Source of the DNA: Entomortierella parvispora E1425
Taxonomy: Eukaryota; Fungi; Mortierellomycota
Assembly: GCA_020891255.1 (NCBI GenBank)
Contig: BQFW01000015.1
Location: forward strand, 2,738,633-2,802,632
Length of the DNA stretch: 64,000 nucleotides
Reading direction: 5' to 3'
Shown here: piece by piece, positions 26,549 to 39,176 of the stretch
Position numbering within the stretch: the first letter of the stretch is position 1
Layout of the letters: every line of letters starts with the position of its first letter
Program-made: the position numbers and the translations under genes
The notes under the pieces: model-generated
The model's database searches: none
What the model was told of the DNA's origin: nothing
The model's input: the letters and a program-made list of their open reading frames with translations, nothing else

Positions 26549-29500
26549 TCAGTCCGAGGCGATCTCTCCTTCCTCCAGCTCGCCTTCTTCTCGTTCCGAA
26601 ACATGGCCTGAAGCCTCAACAGGGGCCTTTGGCGTGGGCATTACAGTCGCGTCGACATCCATAGGTGTAACAGCCGGGGTCACCTCCTTTGCTTCTACCG
26701 ACAACGGAGCAGCAGCGGAAGAGAGTGGCGGTAGCTTCGCATCTACTGTTGGTGCTGTCGTTGCCGTTGTTGTCGTTGTTGCCGTCGTCGTTATAGTAGG
26801 TGCAGGTGCCACTGGGGACGAGTGACTGCTTGCAGAAGTCGGCCGTTCAGCAGTACTTGCAAGAAGCCCCTCCTTTGGATGGGTTGATTCCGTAGGGGGA
26901 GCAAGCTTTACGGCCTTTGGCGCGCCAGAGACCGTGGACGTTGGTTCTGAATCGGTGACAGGCCGTTGGCTAGATCCAATGTTGCTAGAATGAGCAGGTA
27001 CATTGGGGGATTGTGTGGCTCCTGAACTTCCAGCATCCTTCTCTGACCGGGATCTCCAAAACAGTCTGCTTACAACACAGAAAACCCCATCCTGCCGAGA
27101 CTCGTCTTCCTCTGACAACAAGTTGTTACCGTTAGAATGAGTGGACCTTACGGTGTTCGCGAGCTGATCCCCACCCTCGGCAGAAGAGGTTGCGTCGACA
27201 CCTTCCATAACAGTGTCCTGCAGATTGAGGCTTTCTGCTGCAGTGGTAGAGCCCGACTGCCGCGTTTGTTTGGATCGCTGAGTCGGCTGAACGACAACTC
27301 CTCGCTCAACCCATTCGAAATCTTGCCAATCCAAGTCCTCATACAGAACTTCTACCAGGTCTGACGTGCCAAGAGGATAGCCTGCCTTGCTCCTGCTGGA
27401 AAGAGAAGTTCGAGGAGAGATGACTGCAAATCGATACTGATCAAAAACCCTTGATCCTGCGCCAGCCCGGTGTTGAAGTGAAATCTCGTACCGCTCTTCA
27501 TCATTCTCCAAGATGAGTACTTCTGTCTTGAATCGCCAACTCGTCCACTTGTGCGACATGCCATCGTCTCTATCCATAACTAACTCTGGCGTATACTTGA
27601 AGCTGAAAAAAGCAGTGTCGTTAGCAACATTTCTATATTCTATTCCATAGCACGCAGTTACTGCGCAAACCGAGTTTCTTCCGGAGCAGAGAACAAAAAA
27701 TATTACCATGGGTCACCCTGGCGTGTAAATTCAAACGTGGCAGTCCTCATGGCTCGCTCGTTTTGTAGACTCTCTGTGCTATCATCCTGTACATTCGTCA
27801 ACACCCTCTGGCGCTCGACATCGTTTTCTTTGATGCGACGTTTGCTTTGGCTACGACCTCGATTAAGGGCTTCTCCCACTCCAAGCTTCTTTGTCGATTC
27901 GATCCGGAAGCTGACGCCATCATGTCCAGTATTCCAGGTTCGACTTTTGATACGATGGCGGATGGATCCCTGATAGCGAACAAGTTTTGGCAATACCCGC
28001 AATGTCACTGATAGATCATAGCTAGGGCATATATGTCTGATCGGGTTGGAAACAAAGTTGTGTCGTTGACTTGTCGTGTCTGGAAGTTCAGTATCAGGGC
28101 TCTGCGGCTCAACAACCGGGATATACTGTCCAGAGTGAATCAGCACTAAAAGTAGAGGAAGTCAAGCCATCGTCAGTACAAGTTCCAAGTATCCACAAGT
28201 TTCTCCTCGACGGTCAATACGCACTTGCTACGATGTCTGAATCATCAGTGTACACATCAGTTCCCCAAAGCTCCCGCTTTTGGACCTTGTAGTTATCATA
28301 GGTCAAGTAAGAGGATGCGACCCGCACTTCCAAAAGACAGTTTTCTTTGCCTTGCATGTCAGGTAGCAACTGAGCCGGATCGTATCGGAAATATCCCAGA
28401 AAGTTTTCCTGCCGTCCCTCCATCTTCAAGTTTGGATCGTTCCTGACAATCAGACGTGGAGGTTTTCGCTCTGAACCATTGAGGGATGGCGACGACAACA
28501 GCGCACCGGACAAATGAGATTGAGCACCCATGGGGCCACTGGTAGGATAATTCAACGCCCCATTGAGTGTAGACTGATGGCCTGACACGAAGGGTGCGTT
28601 CTCAGTAAGTAGTGGTGGATGACCGGAGCTGTCCTGTCTACCATGAAGGATATGGTCCTGTCGACGGTGTACGACGTCTTGTTGGTGATGGTGAGAGGTC
28701 GGACTAGCAACTGAGCCAACACCTGGAAGTCTCTCCTTGCTAGAAATTTGAAGTCCATGGATTGGTTCTGGTAATGGCCGCATGCCTAAAGGTGAGGCGA
28801 GACGATGACGAGAGGGGGCATATCCGCTTACGCCTCCAGACTCCATGACTTCATCTGCAGGGAACTCTTTGGCAGACCCATTTCTAATTGCCGCAGGATC
28901 CTGACCGTGGAGAGGAGACTGAAGCGGTTCTGGGAAGGAGCGACCATACGAAGAATGCCGATCATGCACTTGCCGACTGTCCTGTACTGAGTGATCATAC
29001 ATGTCTCTTTGGTAGGGTCCTGAGCTATGACTTGAGGTAGACCGATAGGCACCTGGTCCTGTGTTGGAAGATGAGGAGACGGGAGCTGTCGGCTTTGGAG
29101 GGGGGATCTGACTTGTAGGTGAAATGAGACCGGTTGCGGGCACAGGAGGAGAGTGGGTTGTGGAGCTGAAGCGGTCGAAAACGTTACTGGAGACTCCTTG
29201 GCGCTGGTCCATATCTTGATCTCCTGCGTCGTCCTCGTTATTAATCAAAAGCGCAGAAAGAGCCATGGTGCTACGTGGTGTATGTGCTGTGGTGCTCGTT
29301 TGATGTCCTTTAGTGACAACGCTGAGTGGCGGGAGAGTAGGAGGTGGGGTTGTCTTCTTTTGACTTGAGGGGGAGGTTTCTAAAGGCGCCTCAGGAGCAT
29401 CGTCTTCCTCGTCCTTTGATGTGGAGTTTTGAGACTTCCCGGCAGAATCGATTAAGGCAGGGGCTGTCAAAGTTGTGGGGACTGCTTCTGTTGTCTTCAT

Positions 29501-30698
29501 GTCCGTAGTCGATCCTGCTGAAGGCGACTGCACCGTTGTAGACTCGATGTTGGTCGTGCCCGAGCCAGCTACTTTGTCGGCACTGTCTGCTGGGTCCATT
29601 GTGACATCTGAGATCTCGGGTAACGCTGCTTCACTAGAAGTGGCCCTGGTCAGGACATCCTCTTTAGACGCTGTCGCAGTATGGGTGTTAGATGGTTGAG
29701 GGGCCGATCCATTTTCAGGCCTATTTTCAATAGCTGTTGGTTCGGTGACACTGACATGATTGCTCTGCTGTTGATCCTCCACGACTGCGGATACTAAAGG
29801 TTGTGCTGTATCTTCGTGCGACTCTTCTGGCATGGGTTCAGTGCTGTTGGCTACGGTAGGCTCTGCACTGGCTGCATCCTCTTTGGTAGATCCGGACGAT
29901 TGGTCAGCCTCGTTCAACATTTCCAGAGTTGTGACCATGGGCTCAGATAGTGACGCCACCGCCAAAACAGAGTCACTAGGGTTGGGAGCATCCTGTGCAG
30001 ACTCTGGAGCCAACAACGCCTGGACCAGATCCTGTCCAGCAGCCTCGCCACCATGAGATTTTTCAATGGACTCATCTAATGGTCGATCAGTACAAAAGCT
30101 GCTGTTAGATTTCATTTTCGTGATAGATCGTTCTCCACAGCATATACGTCGCCTACCAGTTTGCTTTGGCGCCTCATCTTTTTCGCTTGCTTTTGCAACT
30201 ACATCCTTGTTATTTTCGGGCACTGTCTCCACAGGTTGCACTGGGTCGTCAGCTAAAACAAATTGCAACTGGAATATGAGCACGGATATCGAAAAAGTGA
30301 AGGCAGATCAAGCTGTCAGAGAGTATTCATTTACCTTTGGAGACATTGTCTTCATCCATTTGTTCCATGGTACCAACCCACTCTGTGAGTCCTTTGCTTT
30401 CTTGGGATGGGTCAACCAGATCTGTCGAAGGAGAGTAGTCAGACCCGACCTTGTCGGCTTCTTTGGTCAACTTAAGACGTTTGTTGGTTTCGGTGCCATG
30501 AGTCAGGGTTTCCGCAATCATTGTCGCTGCGGTTCCAGAGGCGGGACTGGATAGTGTGGGTATAGGTCCATCTTTAGGTCCATCCACATCCATGGCTGTA
30601 TCAGGATTCGAATTGATCACTTCTGCATTCTCAGACCCTGCTCCGATCAAAGCATCTGCTCCATGCTCATCTTCATTGGGTCGTTTTCTGGAATCCAT
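26549..30698 (-). CDS. RXT3: Rxt3-domain protein (histone deacetylase complex subunit) with long disordered regions; about 4 exons
   Basis: LWGTDVYTDDSDIVA-MLIHSG and DLSVTLRVLPKLVRYQGSIRHRIKSRTW..HDGVSFRI are the Rxt3 signature. The ORF pieces are linked by GT-AG introns. Confidence 0.8.
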
Positions 30699-31631
30699 CG
30701 CGGAGGAGAATTGATTTCAGGTCTATAGAATCAGCATTGCAAAAGAATTCTGGATGGTCAGCAACAGCATAGCAGATGGCTCTATTGAAACGCCAAACAC
30801 ACACACGGCAGTCATGTCCTTGAGACAAGAGCTTGGCTGCTCGGCCATTTGGGCATCAAAAGCGCGCATTACCCGGGGAAAGCCACTCTGGTCCAGAGAT
30901 TTGGGCAAGTGAGGTTCTGTGCAGGGTGGGGAGGTGATTCTATTGTCAATTGGAGAAGGGTGTGCTTGTGTGTTGGAGCTCATGGACGGGCAGGACACGA
31001 AACTGCCACAGTTGATTGATGTCTGCTGGGTCGTCAGAAGCGTGGTCGCGGCGATGGTGGGAGAGAGTGGTAGGTCGTGCGCTCAACAGTGGAGGAGGAG
31101 AGACTCTCTGAAGACGAGTGGGGTTGATGGAGAGCAGGAATGGACAGAGCAGCCAAAGCAGATGCAGAATGGAAGGAAGAGAGCAGGAGGGATGGAGTGA
31201 GAAAGAGAACAGACTGACGGACTCGCAGACGCGACATCGCACACGTGATGCTGTTGCTGCATTTGCGATCATCATTTCTACAGAGACACGTTTTTTTTGT
31301 TCTGATGGAATCAACTTCTCTCAAAAAATGACACGATGCATTACATAAATGAACCCTGCTCTCTGCAGTTCAGCAAGGTCATAATATTGAAAAAGGAGTT
31401 TCTGGTTTGAAAAAAATCCGTTTAATGGTACAATTGTGGAGGAGGTATGAAGTACAAGTCGCTGAAGGAAGAGCTTACAGAATAAACATTCTGAAGAGAA
31501 ATTAAAAGAGAACTACTAAACGACGACGCAAAGAGCTGCAGGACCAGATCCTGCTGTGCTGGTTGCTAAAATGAGGTCGGGCAGAGCTCTTGAGGTTCAA
31601 GTAAAGAGGGGATCGAGGGCTCTCTCTTTCT

Positions 31632-32033
31632 TTACATCTCCTGGGAGGCAGCGCCGCCCTTCTTGGTCTTCTTGGGCAAGAGCGAGTCGTGGATGTTGGG
31701 GAGGACACCACCCTGGGCGATGGTGACATGTCCGAGCAACTTGTTCAACTCCTCATCGTTACGGATGGCCAACTGCAAGTGACGGGGGATGATACGGGAC
31801 TTCTTGTTATCGCGAGCGGCGTTACCAGCCAACTCGAGAATCTCAGCGGCCAAGTACTCAAGGACGGCAGCGAGGTAGACGGGGGCACCAGCACCAACAC
31901 GCTGGGCATAGTTACCCTTGCGCAAGTGACGGTGAATACGACCGACGGGGAACTGAAGACCGGCCTTGGAAGAGCGGGAGGTCGAGTTCTTGGAAGCCGA
32001 AGCAGACTTGCCACCGGATTTGCCGCCAGACAT
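31632..32033 (-). CDS. HTA1: Histone H2A, intronless, C-terminal SQEM (gamma-H2A-type SQ site)
   Basis: [17 protein letters not shown]...[13 protein letters not shown]. Confidence 0.99.
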   Translation of the reverse strand: MSGGKSGGKSASASKNSTSRSSKAGLQFPVGRIHRHLRKGNYAQRVGAGAPVYLAAVLEYLAAEILELAGNAARDNKKSRIIPRHLQLAIRNDEELNKLLGHVTIAQGGVLPNIHDSLLPKKTKKGGAASQEM

Positions 32034-32568
32034 TGTGATGTAGTTGTTGTTGGTTGTTGAGGATGAGTCCGAGTTGGAAATGAGAAAGAGTGATCAGAAG
32101 GGATCAATCAAAGAGCGAGAAGAAGTCGAGGTTGAGGGTAAGAGGAAGCAGAAAAGAAGAGACGGGAGGGAACCCCCGTCGCTCTCCTTTTATACCTCCC
32201 AGCAAGAAGGTGCTGGCGGGTGTGAACAGGCCGCCAAAAACGCGTCCACGACGAATTTGGTTTTTGGGCACCAAATTTGATGTTTTGGCCACCGCCCTTG
32301 CAATTGTGGAAAGGGGCGCGGCGATTTAAGGTAAGTGTGCCAAATTCGCGAACCTGTTTTCGTCAATTTGGCGGGACTCGTTAATTTGGGTCAATTTCGC
32401 AGGTGTACTTTTTGCACGCTCCGCCCCGCGCGTCCTTGGTCGCTGTATATAAACTGCGGCCTCTCCCACTCGCAGCCACTTTCTTTTCCGTTTCCTCTTT
32501 TTTGTCTCTCACTCGTTACCGATCTTTCTACTCTCTTTCTTCAACCACCCCAACACTCTATATCAAAC

Positions 32569-32979
32569 ATGCCACCAAAAGCCGTTGCCGAGAAGAAGCC
32601 TTCCACCGGAGGCAAGGCTCCCGCCAAGACTTCCGCCTCTGCTGAGAAGAAGGAGCGCAAGTCCAAGGCCGAGGGCGGCAAGGGACGCAAGAAGACTCGC
32701 TCCGAGACTTACTCTTCCTACATCTACAAGGTCTTGAAGCAGGTCCACCCCGATACCGGTATCTCCAACAAGGCCATGTCTATCTTGAACTCCTTCGTCA
32801 ACGATATCTTTGAGCGTATTGCCGGCGAGGCTTCCAAGCTCGCTGCCTACAACAAGCGCTCCACCATCTCCTCCCGCGAGATCCAGACTGCCGTCCGTCT
32901 CATCCTTCCCGGTGAGTTGGCCAAGCACGCCGTCTCTGAGGGCACCAAGGCCGTCACCAAGTACACCTCGTCCAAGTAA
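32569..32979 (+). CDS. HTB1: Histone H2B, intronless, divergent from H2A
   Basis: [21 protein letters not shown]...[13 protein letters not shown]. Confidence 0.99.
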   Translation: MPPKAVAEKKPSTGGKAPAKTSASAEKKERKSKAEGGKGRKKTRSETYSSYIYKVLKQVHPDTGISNKAMSILNSFVNDIFERIAGEASKLAAYNKRSTISSREIQTAVRLILPGELAKHAVSEGTKAVTKYTSSK

Positions 32980-33606
32980 ATCGACTCTGGATTTGCCCTT
33001 GGCCACTTCCAACCCTTGGGTCCAGGCCTGGCCTCGATTCGACCATGGAGAGCGCTCTTGGCCTTTCTATCTGCTTCAATTGGTCTTGCGCCCTTGAACG
33101 ACACCTGTTTTATAATCCCCCGACCCTCCCGTTCGTTTGTTTAATTAGTTCCAGTCAACCATCAACGTTCAGGATGGCAGTCAGCCTTTATCATTTCAAC
33201 CCCCTCCAATTGTACATCATCCCGTTTTCTGTTTGTAGAAACAATAAATATCATAACCAGAATATCTTTCTCTTTGGATCATCGAATCCTCGAATCAACT
33301 GCCAATTGATAGCGCTTCACTTTCCTCTTGGAAAGAACGTTGGACAAAGATCAGTCAGCAGCGGTTCATTACATTGGGTAAAAAAAAAAGGTCATGTCAT
33401 TACTTGCCTGAATGAATGGAGTTTTTGATTTATTCCTGTCACTCATTGAACATGAATTGAACTTCTGCGTCCTTTCCTTTCTGGTCAAGCATGAAGGAAT
33501 GATTCGAGTTTTCTTTTTGATGTATTTTTATTACAACCTGTTGGGTGAGAACAAGTCGGTTGAAAGTACCAATCCTGACAATGGGGCGAGAAAATGAAAG
33601 AGACAT

Positions 33607-34772
33607 TTAAGCGACCAACTGGACGGCACCACCAACGGCCTTGATCTTCTGCTCAGCGGCACGGGAGACATAGCGGGCCTTGACAATGACGGGCTGCTCA
33701 GGGAGGCGACCCTTGGCGAGGACCTTGCCGAATCCAGCACGGAGGGTGTCAATGACGGGGACGACCTCGGTGTTCTTGGCAGCGTTCTTGCGAGTCTGCT
33801 CGGAAACAAGGGTCCAGAGGGTGTCCAAGTTGACAATGGGGCAGTGCTGGCCGTTGCGGGTCAAGTGGAAGCGACGCATACCGACCTTACCGAAGTAACC
33901 GGGATGGTACTTGTCCATGTTGATGCGGTGATGGTGCTGACCACCAGCAAGACCACGTCCTCCGGGATGCTTGCGGTGCTTGCCTGAAGTACAACGGTAA
34001 AAAAAAATAAAAAATGGTAAGTCGTTTGTTCGCTCAACCTGCTTGAGATCTCTGATGGTGCAGCTGTCAGGTTGAATCCATGTAGATTGTTGCTCGCCAA
34101 AACCAGATCCAGTGGTAAGATGTTCTGTGCTTTGCTGTCGGTTCACTGTTGGTCTGCATTTGGCGCAGGCAGGATAGTTTTTTGCTGGACTTCTTGGGAC
34201 ATCCGTGCAGCCAGAAAAAAGTAAATCGGCCTTTCCAGACTTTTTTCTGGCAGAGTAGGTTGATGTCCGTCGCCTCGAAACAGCAGCTGTCACGTTGACA
34301 AACTGTGAAGGAGCCCCTGTTGTACTGGTGTCGCTCTCATAGGTCAAAGGGTTGCTGTTGATGTCGGTCTCTGATCAGAGCCAATGAAAGGCAAAAAAAT
34401 CACTGTCGGATGTGAATGGCGGCAATCACTTGAGCTTTCAGAGTTTTGATGTCCAATGAATCCATGCAGTCCTCTCATTGCGATAAGTGAAGACTCCAAT
34501 GCCGGTCCTGAGAAAGTTCCTGGTCCTGTTGAGAATGCTTTCGTCTTTGGTCCATGTCTTTTTTGCGAGACTCACCAACACGACCGTGACCGGCACTGAC
34601 GTGGCCGCGCTTCTTGCGGTTGTGATGCAGACGGGTAGGCTATCAAAAAGGACACAGGAGGGAATGTGAGCAGGGAGAATGAGATTGATGGTCATTCAAT
34701 GCCGGATGCATGGATGGATGGGTCCAGTCATGCTGGATGGATGGTGGCTGGGATTCAACAAAAATGTACCAT
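33607..34772 (-). CDS. RPL28: 60S ribosomal protein uL15 (yeast L28 / vertebrate L27a); exons 34772-34770 (ATG only), 34639-34576, 33983-33607
   Basis: Spliced [37 protein letters not shown]...[13 protein letters not shown]. Confidence 0.96.
34024..34505 (-). ncRNA. Candidate intronic structured RNA(s), H/ACA-snoRNA-like, inside RPL28 intron 2
   Basis: Several inverted repeats of 6-13 bp alternate with ACATCA (fits ANANNA/ACA) motifs, and a terminal ACA follows the last hairpin. No guide target was identified. Confidence 0.45.
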
Positions 34773-35041
34773 ATTGTAGGATATGGAGAAGAGAGGGAAC
34801 AAATCTTCTTGGGAGCAGAGACCAGATAACCCGAATCCGAAGCACGTGATGAAACTTCAAGATCGCACATGCTGCATTTGAACACGGTCGTTGCACCAGG
34901 AACGAACAGAGGTCCTTCGTTGGTTCCATCTGACTTTCAACTCTGCCTCCATCCATTCGCTTCATCTCCTTTTCTCTTCATCATCACTCGTATTCCTGCA
35001 TACCCGCTTGCATTCTCTCCCACCCCCCTTTATATATCATA

Positions 35042-36093
35042 ATGTCCGCTGAAGCTATGGTCTTTTTGTTCGGCGTCATCGTCGGCGCCGGTCTTCTCTT
35101 TGTCAAGGTCTTCTTTGTATGTTCTCTCGAATCCCGACATTGACCTCTGTCTTGGCGCCTTCACACGCGCGCCCCATCTTACAATACTCGAGCTTTAGTA
35201 TTCAATCCCTCTTGCAACCAATCGCTAATGCCACTTTTATTAATTCATGTAACAGGTCATTCTAATCAGCGATCTCGAGGTACGCATGACGTGATTGCTT
35301 TTTCGAGGCGGGGCTGTCTGTCAAGAAGATCATATGACGCATTTATCACGGTGTATTGACAATGGTCTGTCCGTTGAACACGTCTTGCATTCTTCTTTGT
35401 CAATATAGGTCGACTATATCAACCCTATCGAGCTTTGCAACAAGTTGAACCAGGTATGATTTTCACTAGTTATCATTGGACCGACTGCCCGTACTGAGAG
35501 CGATCTGATCATCACTTTTTCTGCCTCGTTACTAAGTTTTGGAATTTTCTAGTTTGTTCTCCCTGAGATGGCTGTGCAGGCGTTCTTGACTACTGTCTTC
35601 TTGCTGAGCGGGCAATGGATGGCGACCGCCTGGAACCTCCCCCTTGTTGCCTACAACGCCAACAAGTAAGTGCTTCAGCCATTGGACTGCCAAAGCACAT
35701 GGATCAATCTGGTGAAAATCTCGAGAACGATAGCGACGACCACAACAAGAGCAACAGGACAATCCTTTGGGCACTTGGCTGGAGAGCTTTGAAATGCCGA
35801 CAGGGACTTCTTTTCGTTGGCTAATGGGAGCCTCTTTTGCGCACTGATTAGAATCATGAACGGAAAGCACATGTTTGACGCAACAGAGATCTTCCGTACA
35901 TTGGGCCAACATAAGAAGGAATGCTTCATCAAGCTTGGCTTCTACCTTCTCAGCTTCTTTTACTACCTCTACCGGTAAGTTGCATGACACACAAAGTCCT
36001 TCCATGGATTTTTTTTTTTTTTGAACATGTAGCTAATGCATCGTATGTTTATTCAAATACAGCATGATCCTTGCCCTTGTCAACGACTCGTAA
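35042..36093 (+). CDS. ERV14: Cornichon-family ER cargo receptor, multi-exon
   Basis: [29 protein letters not shown] and [23 protein letters not shown]. Confidence 0.92.
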
Positions 36094-36226
36094 GTCGTAG
36101 TACCAAGGACACTGGATCCCAAATATGATACATCGCCCCTGCTCCTCGCTGGGATGTGCGGTGCGATTAAATAAAGAAAATTTCTTTTCAAATACAATCC
36201 TCAGCTGCCGCATCAACATTGGTCTT

Positions 36227-36875
36227 TTATCTGATCAACTGGGATCGCATCCATTCGTCTGTCAAGGTTTCGGCATCCTGAATATCTACAACTTTGCCAA
36301 GGTTGACAGTGTTTTGAAAGTGGGTCTTGGCACTTGTGTACAGCCTAAAGTGTGTAAAGGGGTTGCAATGATCAGCAATTGCCCCCTATGGTTTAAAAGG
36401 TGAGCTCCACAAGACTTACATGTTCAGTGCTGGTGATACACCCCGTGGTGTATATGAGATGAACACCAGGGGGTAAGATTGACGTCCATCATCGTGCTTC
36501 AGCTAGAAGAGAACAGGGCGATCCAGGTGAGTGAGTGTCCACAGCCAATATTGATACGGGATTTAAAGTCCACAATACCTCATAGCTCAGAACAACATAT
36601 CGAGGCGTGTTCTCGGGGAGAAGCTCGGCCAAATCCTCCAAGCTGATTGAATCCTCATCCTCGTCTTCGACAACCAGGAGCCTGTCTTTGTCAATCTTGC
36701 CTATTCACGTCATCAAGAATGTCAGAGCGTTTCTGGAGAGACAAATGACATGAGAACCAGGGACATGTGACGTTTGTGTACAGATGAGGGCAGCATTCCC
36801 CTGTGAGCGCTTTGCAAAGCGGAAAGCCTCGATTTTCTTCACAAGGGCTGGATCGATCTCGCAGGTGTTTGACAT
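36227..36875 (-). CDS. AIM7: Glia maturation factor (ADF-H fold), multi-exon; absent from the ORF track in its true frame
   Basis: Spliced MSNTCEIDPALVKKIEAFRF...[33 protein letters not shown]...LYTSAK...LTDEWM. Confidence 0.88.
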
Positions 36876-37177
36876 GATGTGTGGGCAAGGAGTGTATGAG
36901 GGGTTGATTCAAAAGAACCGAGTGAATGACGAGGGGTGGTGATCAAATTGAAAGACGCATGTCACGCGTGCACGTGCGACTTTTTTTTGGCACACTTTCA
37001 TTACAGAAGTGGACGAAATGAAGGATCCAAATGTCAAAGAGAATATAGTGTAGTTTGCATGCATGTGCGTTTTTTATTCAGGTTCTGAACGTATCAGCAT
37101 GTGTAGGAGATGATTAATGTTACAAAGGGGATTATAAAAACAAGAGAACAATATTTGCACAAGGGAGCAAGGACCGT

Positions 37178-37750
<573 letters not shown>

Positions 37751-37865
37751 CTAAAGTTGATTCGAGAAGAGGGCAAGATGTGGACGAAATTTTTTGTCAG
37801 AGAGACGAAAACTGGCCCGCGTCGCGTGCAGTTATGGGGAGGGACTTTTGGCCAGAAACGGACTT

Positions 37866-37951
37866 AACGAATTGAGGCGAATTGAGGCGAATTGGGCAAT
37901 TGGGGCGAATTTGACGGTTTTGGCGAATTTCGCAAATTTGAGCCCCAATTG
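37866..37951. promoter_or_regulatory. Tandem CGAATT/AATTT(C/G)GC element array in the divergent H3-H4 promoter; related elements in the H2A-H2B promoter (32252-32400)
   Basis: Five CGAATT copies at 37868, 37878, 37888, 37906 and 37924, plus degenerate copies. The regulatory role is inferred from position. Confidence 0.55.
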
Positions 37952-38001
37952 CAAAAAAAAGTCTTGGGAGATAAGCAAAACTCTGTGGCAGGTTCAATTG
38001 A

Positions 38002-38436
<435 letters not shown>

Positions 38437-39014
38437 GCGCTCGATCAAGATACCACAAGTCGTCGTTCGCATCCAAGCACACCATCCTCTCCGTCTCGTT
38501 TTCTTTTTCAAGTTACTCTGTATAGAACCTCTTCAGCACATGATGACAAGTCCTGTTGCTCACGCACACTTCTAGCTTCATTGCCTTCCCTCCAAACAAT
38601 CTAATCCCTCCGGGATCAACAGTCGACTCTGCCCGTTGCGCGCCTGTCCCTGGATTTGTAAAATAAACAATCCTTTTGCCGACTGCAAAAGATGAACACT
38701 GCATTTTCAATTGTATTTTTTTTTCTTTGTTTCTTGTGCGTGTGGTCCTTGTAGGGAAGAGGGAACGAGAAGAGGACAAAGAGAAAATAGACTATTAGAA
38801 GAAAGAAAACAGGCGCCGGTAAGCCCCAGTAAAGAAGGGAAAGGTTAGTGGGATGAAAAAGGTTCTTGATGGGAGTGGAGAGTGGAGCCTGCAGCTGTGG
38901 AAGGACAGACACACGGGGAAAATAGGGAAAAGATTTCGATCTGATAGCGAGCCAGGGGGGAATCAGGAATCATGACTGGCTGGCTGGCAGTCTGACTGTC
39001 TCGCTGACTGATCT

Positions 39015-39019
<5 letters not shown>

Positions 39020-39055
<36 letters not shown>

Positions 39056-39080
39056 AGACCTTTTTTTTTTTTTTTTTTTT
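39020..39080. repeat. (GT)16 microsatellite followed by a T20 tract upstream of the glutaredoxin gene
   Basis: Read directly from the sequence. Confidence 0.9.
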
Positions 39081-39176
39081 TCCTTCTTTCTTCTTTCTCC
39101 ATCATTCATCCGTTCACCTCTTCATCTCCTTCCCTCCCTTCCTCACTCATTCGCCCGCTCGTCTCATTCTACGATA

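Noticed and set aside
34438-34965. Short ORFs between RPL28 and cornichon (85, 80 and 89 aa)
   Set aside because: They are wrong-frame readings of RPL28 exons 1-2, its introns and its promoter.
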